Of a stretch of 64,000 nt of DNA, positions 60,802-64,000 are shown in pieces. The DNA is taken from contig CAZGTC010000009.1 in assembly GCA_964528395.1 (NCBI GenBank), positions 1,304 through 65,303 of the forward strand, written 5' to 3'. A program made the position numbers and the translations under genes. Position 1 is the stretch's first letter. Each line of letters begins with the position of its first letter. This stretch comes from an uncultured bacterium (lineage in GTDB: Bacteria > Margulisbacteria > WOR-1 > CAZGTC01). The notes under the pieces are model-generated. The model searched no databases. It was given only the letters and a program-made list of their open reading frames with translations, and was not told where the DNA came from.

Positions 60802-61179
60802 ATGAAAGGCTACATGTATATTTTAGAGTGTGGAGATGGAACATATTATACAGGCAGCACTAAAAATCTAGAAAAACGTCTGCTAGAACATGGTAATTCT
60901 ATGGGAGCAAACTACACAAAAAAGAAACAACCTCTCAAATTAGTATACTTCGAAGAATATCCAAGAATTGACGAGGCTTTTCATAGAGAAAAACAAGTTC
61001 AAGGTTGGAGTCATGCAAAGAAAAAAGCTCTGATAGAAAGCAAATTCAAAGATTTGCCTCCGTTATCTGAGTGCAAAAATGTTAGCCATTATAAAAACAG
61101 TCGCATCGATTCGACGGACACTTCGACTTCGCTCAGTGTTCGACCCCACTCGGCAACCATCACTCGGTATCCGAGTTAG
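60802..61179 (+). CDS. Small stand-alone GIY-YIG nuclease (UPF0213/YhbQ-like)
   Basis: YMYILECGDGTYYTGST, RLLEH, GANYT, LVYFEE, AFHREKQVQGWS..KKKALI; start set at ATG 60802 because the upstream ORF part overlaps the tRNA. Confidence 0.9.
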   Translation: MKGYMYILECGDGTYYTGSTKNLEKRLLEHGNSMGANYTKKKQPLKLVYFEEYPRIDEAFHREKQVQGWSHAKKKALIESKFKDLPPLSECKNVSHYKNSRIDSTDTSTSLSVRPHSATITRYPS

Positions 61180-61207
61180 TTCGTCATTGAACATAGTCGA
61201 AACGACC
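61116..61207. repeat. REP-like pair downstream of and overlapping the GIY-YIG 3' end, with an internal small hairpin
   Basis: GACACT-TCGACTTCGCTC-AGTGTT; ACTCGG-TAT-CCGAGT; degenerate GTCATT-GAACATAGTCGA-AACGAC. Confidence 0.8.
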
Positions 61208-61259
61208 ACGTAAATATTAATAATCATCAGAATCTATATTTTATATAATCTCAGGAAAA

Positions 61260-61817
61260 ATGTTAAAATACAAACATATGCAAACAACACAATCACTAGA
61301 CCAAATGAAAGCTAATATTGATGGAATTTTTAATAGACGGTTATTAAATATCCCTAACGATATCAAAAAAGAATTTCCAGATATTCTGAAAGCAGAAAAT
61401 ACTCATCAAATAACTTACTATGCAGAAAACAGATATCTTCTTATTGCCTTTTTTTACGCAAAAGAACTCGAAAGAATCAATCAGTTTCTAAATAATAATC
61501 ATCATCCATTTCCCGGCTTAATATCAGAAGACGCGAAAAACCCCGGGGCTTTTAAGTTACAAGATAGCAGAAATATCTTAATTGAAAACTGTACAATATC
61601 AAACACATTTTCATTCTCAAACTGCAAAGATTCAACTATTTTACTAAAAAATCATGAACAGAATATAACTACTAATGAAATCAACCAATTAAACTATAAA
61701 ATTGATTTAGCTTTCATTGTTTTTTTAGGAAAAAATATTAACAATGAAAATTTATTGGAAAACTTAGAAAACTTAACAACCTTTGCAGTCAACAAATGGA
61801 GCTCAAAAATTGGATAA
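61260..61817 (+). CDS. Hypothetical protein, very AT-rich
   Basis: 185-aa ORF with no recognised motif; overlaps the next ORF. Confidence 0.6.
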   Translation: MLKYKHMQTTQSLDQMKANIDGIFNRRLLNIPNDIKKEFPDILKAENTHQITYYAENRYLLIAFFYAKELERINQFLNNNHHPFPGLISEDAKNPGAFKLQDSRNILIENCTISNTFSFSNCKDSTILLKNHEQNITTNEINQLNYKIDLAFIVFLGKNINNENLLENLENLTTFAVNKWSSKIG

Positions 61818-62466
61818 TCCATATGAAGAATTAAAAGGTTTAATTTCTTCTAAAAATAAAAATGAAATCCTGTGTAGGAAATATCTAAAACATACACCTC
61901 AAATTCTATTTAATAAGTCAGTAATAGCCCTTATAAATTTTGATGAGGAAGATCGTGGAAGTTCTGGAGATTCCGATTATGTTATATCCGGAATAGTTAA
62001 AAACGACGCAGGTAGTGAATATAATTTAGCTTATATATGGGAAGTAAAAGCTGCCCAATGTTATATTTTTGAAGAAGAAACAAAAAATAGACTTAAACCG
62101 TCATCAGATTTAGTAAAAGCAGAAAATCAATTAATAAATTATTATAATGACAAAAAAGGAGATGAAAAATTCAGAAATCGTTTTAAAATAACACACTCAA
62201 ATTTTGTAAAAATAGGAGGGATAATAATCGGATCAAATAAAACATTAATAAAATCAAAAAAAATAAAATCAAAACAAACCTTTCTTGAAGCCTCAAGTTT
62301 AAGAGAAAATACTCTATATAAAAGCCCGGGCATAAGATTAATAATTTGGGATACTATTTTAGATCAATTAAAAAATCAAGAATATAACAATAAAACAGAA
62401 AATGGAAAAATAAAAAACATCTCAATCCCAAATGCTCAAACAGCTAATTTCATTAAAATAGATTAA
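61810..62466 (+). CDS. Shedu/DUF4263-like PD-(D/E)XK nuclease domain protein
   Basis: NE..CRKYL...PQIL, SDYV, WEVK, PSSDLVKAENQLINY, IIIGS, IRLIIWDTIL; TTG 61810 follows GGAG (ORF track starts at 61783). Confidence 0.65.
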   Translation: MDNPYEELKGLISSKNKNEILCRKYLKHTPQILFNKSVIALINFDEEDRGSSGDSDYVISGIVKNDAGSEYNLAYIWEVKAAQCYIFEEETKNRLKPSSDLVKAENQLINYYNDKKGDEKFRNRFKITHSNFVKIGGIIIGSNKTLIKSKKIKSKQTFLEASSLRENTLYKSPGIRLIIWDTILDQLKNQEYNNKTENGKIKNISIPNAQTANFIKID

Positions 62467-62516
62467 TAAATTTTTCATAATATATAAATTTAATTCAAAA
62501 TAAAGAAAAGTAACTT

Positions 62517-62632
62517 GGTCGTTGAGCGGAGTCGAAACGATCTTCTTAAAGTACCCTTCGACTCTATAGACACCTCGATTCTGCTCGGTGATCGGATAAC
62601 TCGGTCGTTGAGCGCGGTCACTGAGCGCAGCG
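62517..62632. repeat. REP-like cluster closing the island
   Basis: GGTCGTT-GAGCGGAGTCGA-AACGATC; partial CCTTCGACTC; CACC-TCGATTCTGCTC-GGTG; further decayed TTGAGCG/CTGAGCG copies. Confidence 0.8.
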
Positions 62633-62682
62633 ATACCACATTTGTCATTTGACATTTTTAATTGTTAATTGGAGCGCAGCGA

Positions 62683-63999
<1,317 letters not shown>

Positions 64000-64000
64000 A

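Noticed and set aside
59477-62632. Repeat cluster as a CRISPR array
   Set aside because: Copies alternate in orientation, stems vary, spacing is irregular and includes whole genes, and no cas genes are present.

Overview
Bacterial chromosome window. About half of it (5544-36925, - strand) is one uninterrupted translation/transcription super-cluster: rpmG, tRNA-Trp, secE, nusG, rplKAJL, rpoBC, rpsLG, fusA, tuf, the S10/spc/alpha operons, truA, rplM and rpsI. rpmD is absent. The rest is housekeeping (nadB, lexA, serA, hom, prs, HU, four-subunit POR, recR-ybaB-dnaX, alr, sbcDC, pyrR, PGM/PMM, tadA, tRNA-Ser, ahcY) interrupted by small AT-rich accessory pieces: an orphan methyltransferase, a TA-like pair, a Ser/Thr kinase, a nucleotidyltransferase module and a Shedu-like nuclease. 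The unsplit rpoC, short rpoB, ycf45-like gene, absence of L30 and anaerobic POR suggest a non-photosynthetic relative of Cyanobacteria, e.g. Margulisbacteria/Saganbacteria (inference only). The most interesting signal is at 59477-62632. About ten copies of a palindromic element (variable covarying stem around a conserved TCGA-CTYC-GCTC core) occur in inverted pairs. They bracket a small GIY-YIG nuclease gene and an AT-rich cargo carrying a Shedu/DUF4263-like nuclease, next to tRNA-Ser. Two copies supply TTGAGC-N17-TATAAT promoters, and one pair sits in frame inside the PGM/PMM gene. Other signals: a second, short palindrome inserted in frame in three genes; heptamer-repeat hairpins; several apparently leaderless genes; a candidate SOS box; and a three-repeat trigger-loop insert in RpoC. 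All product calls come from motif recognition by eye; no database searches were run.
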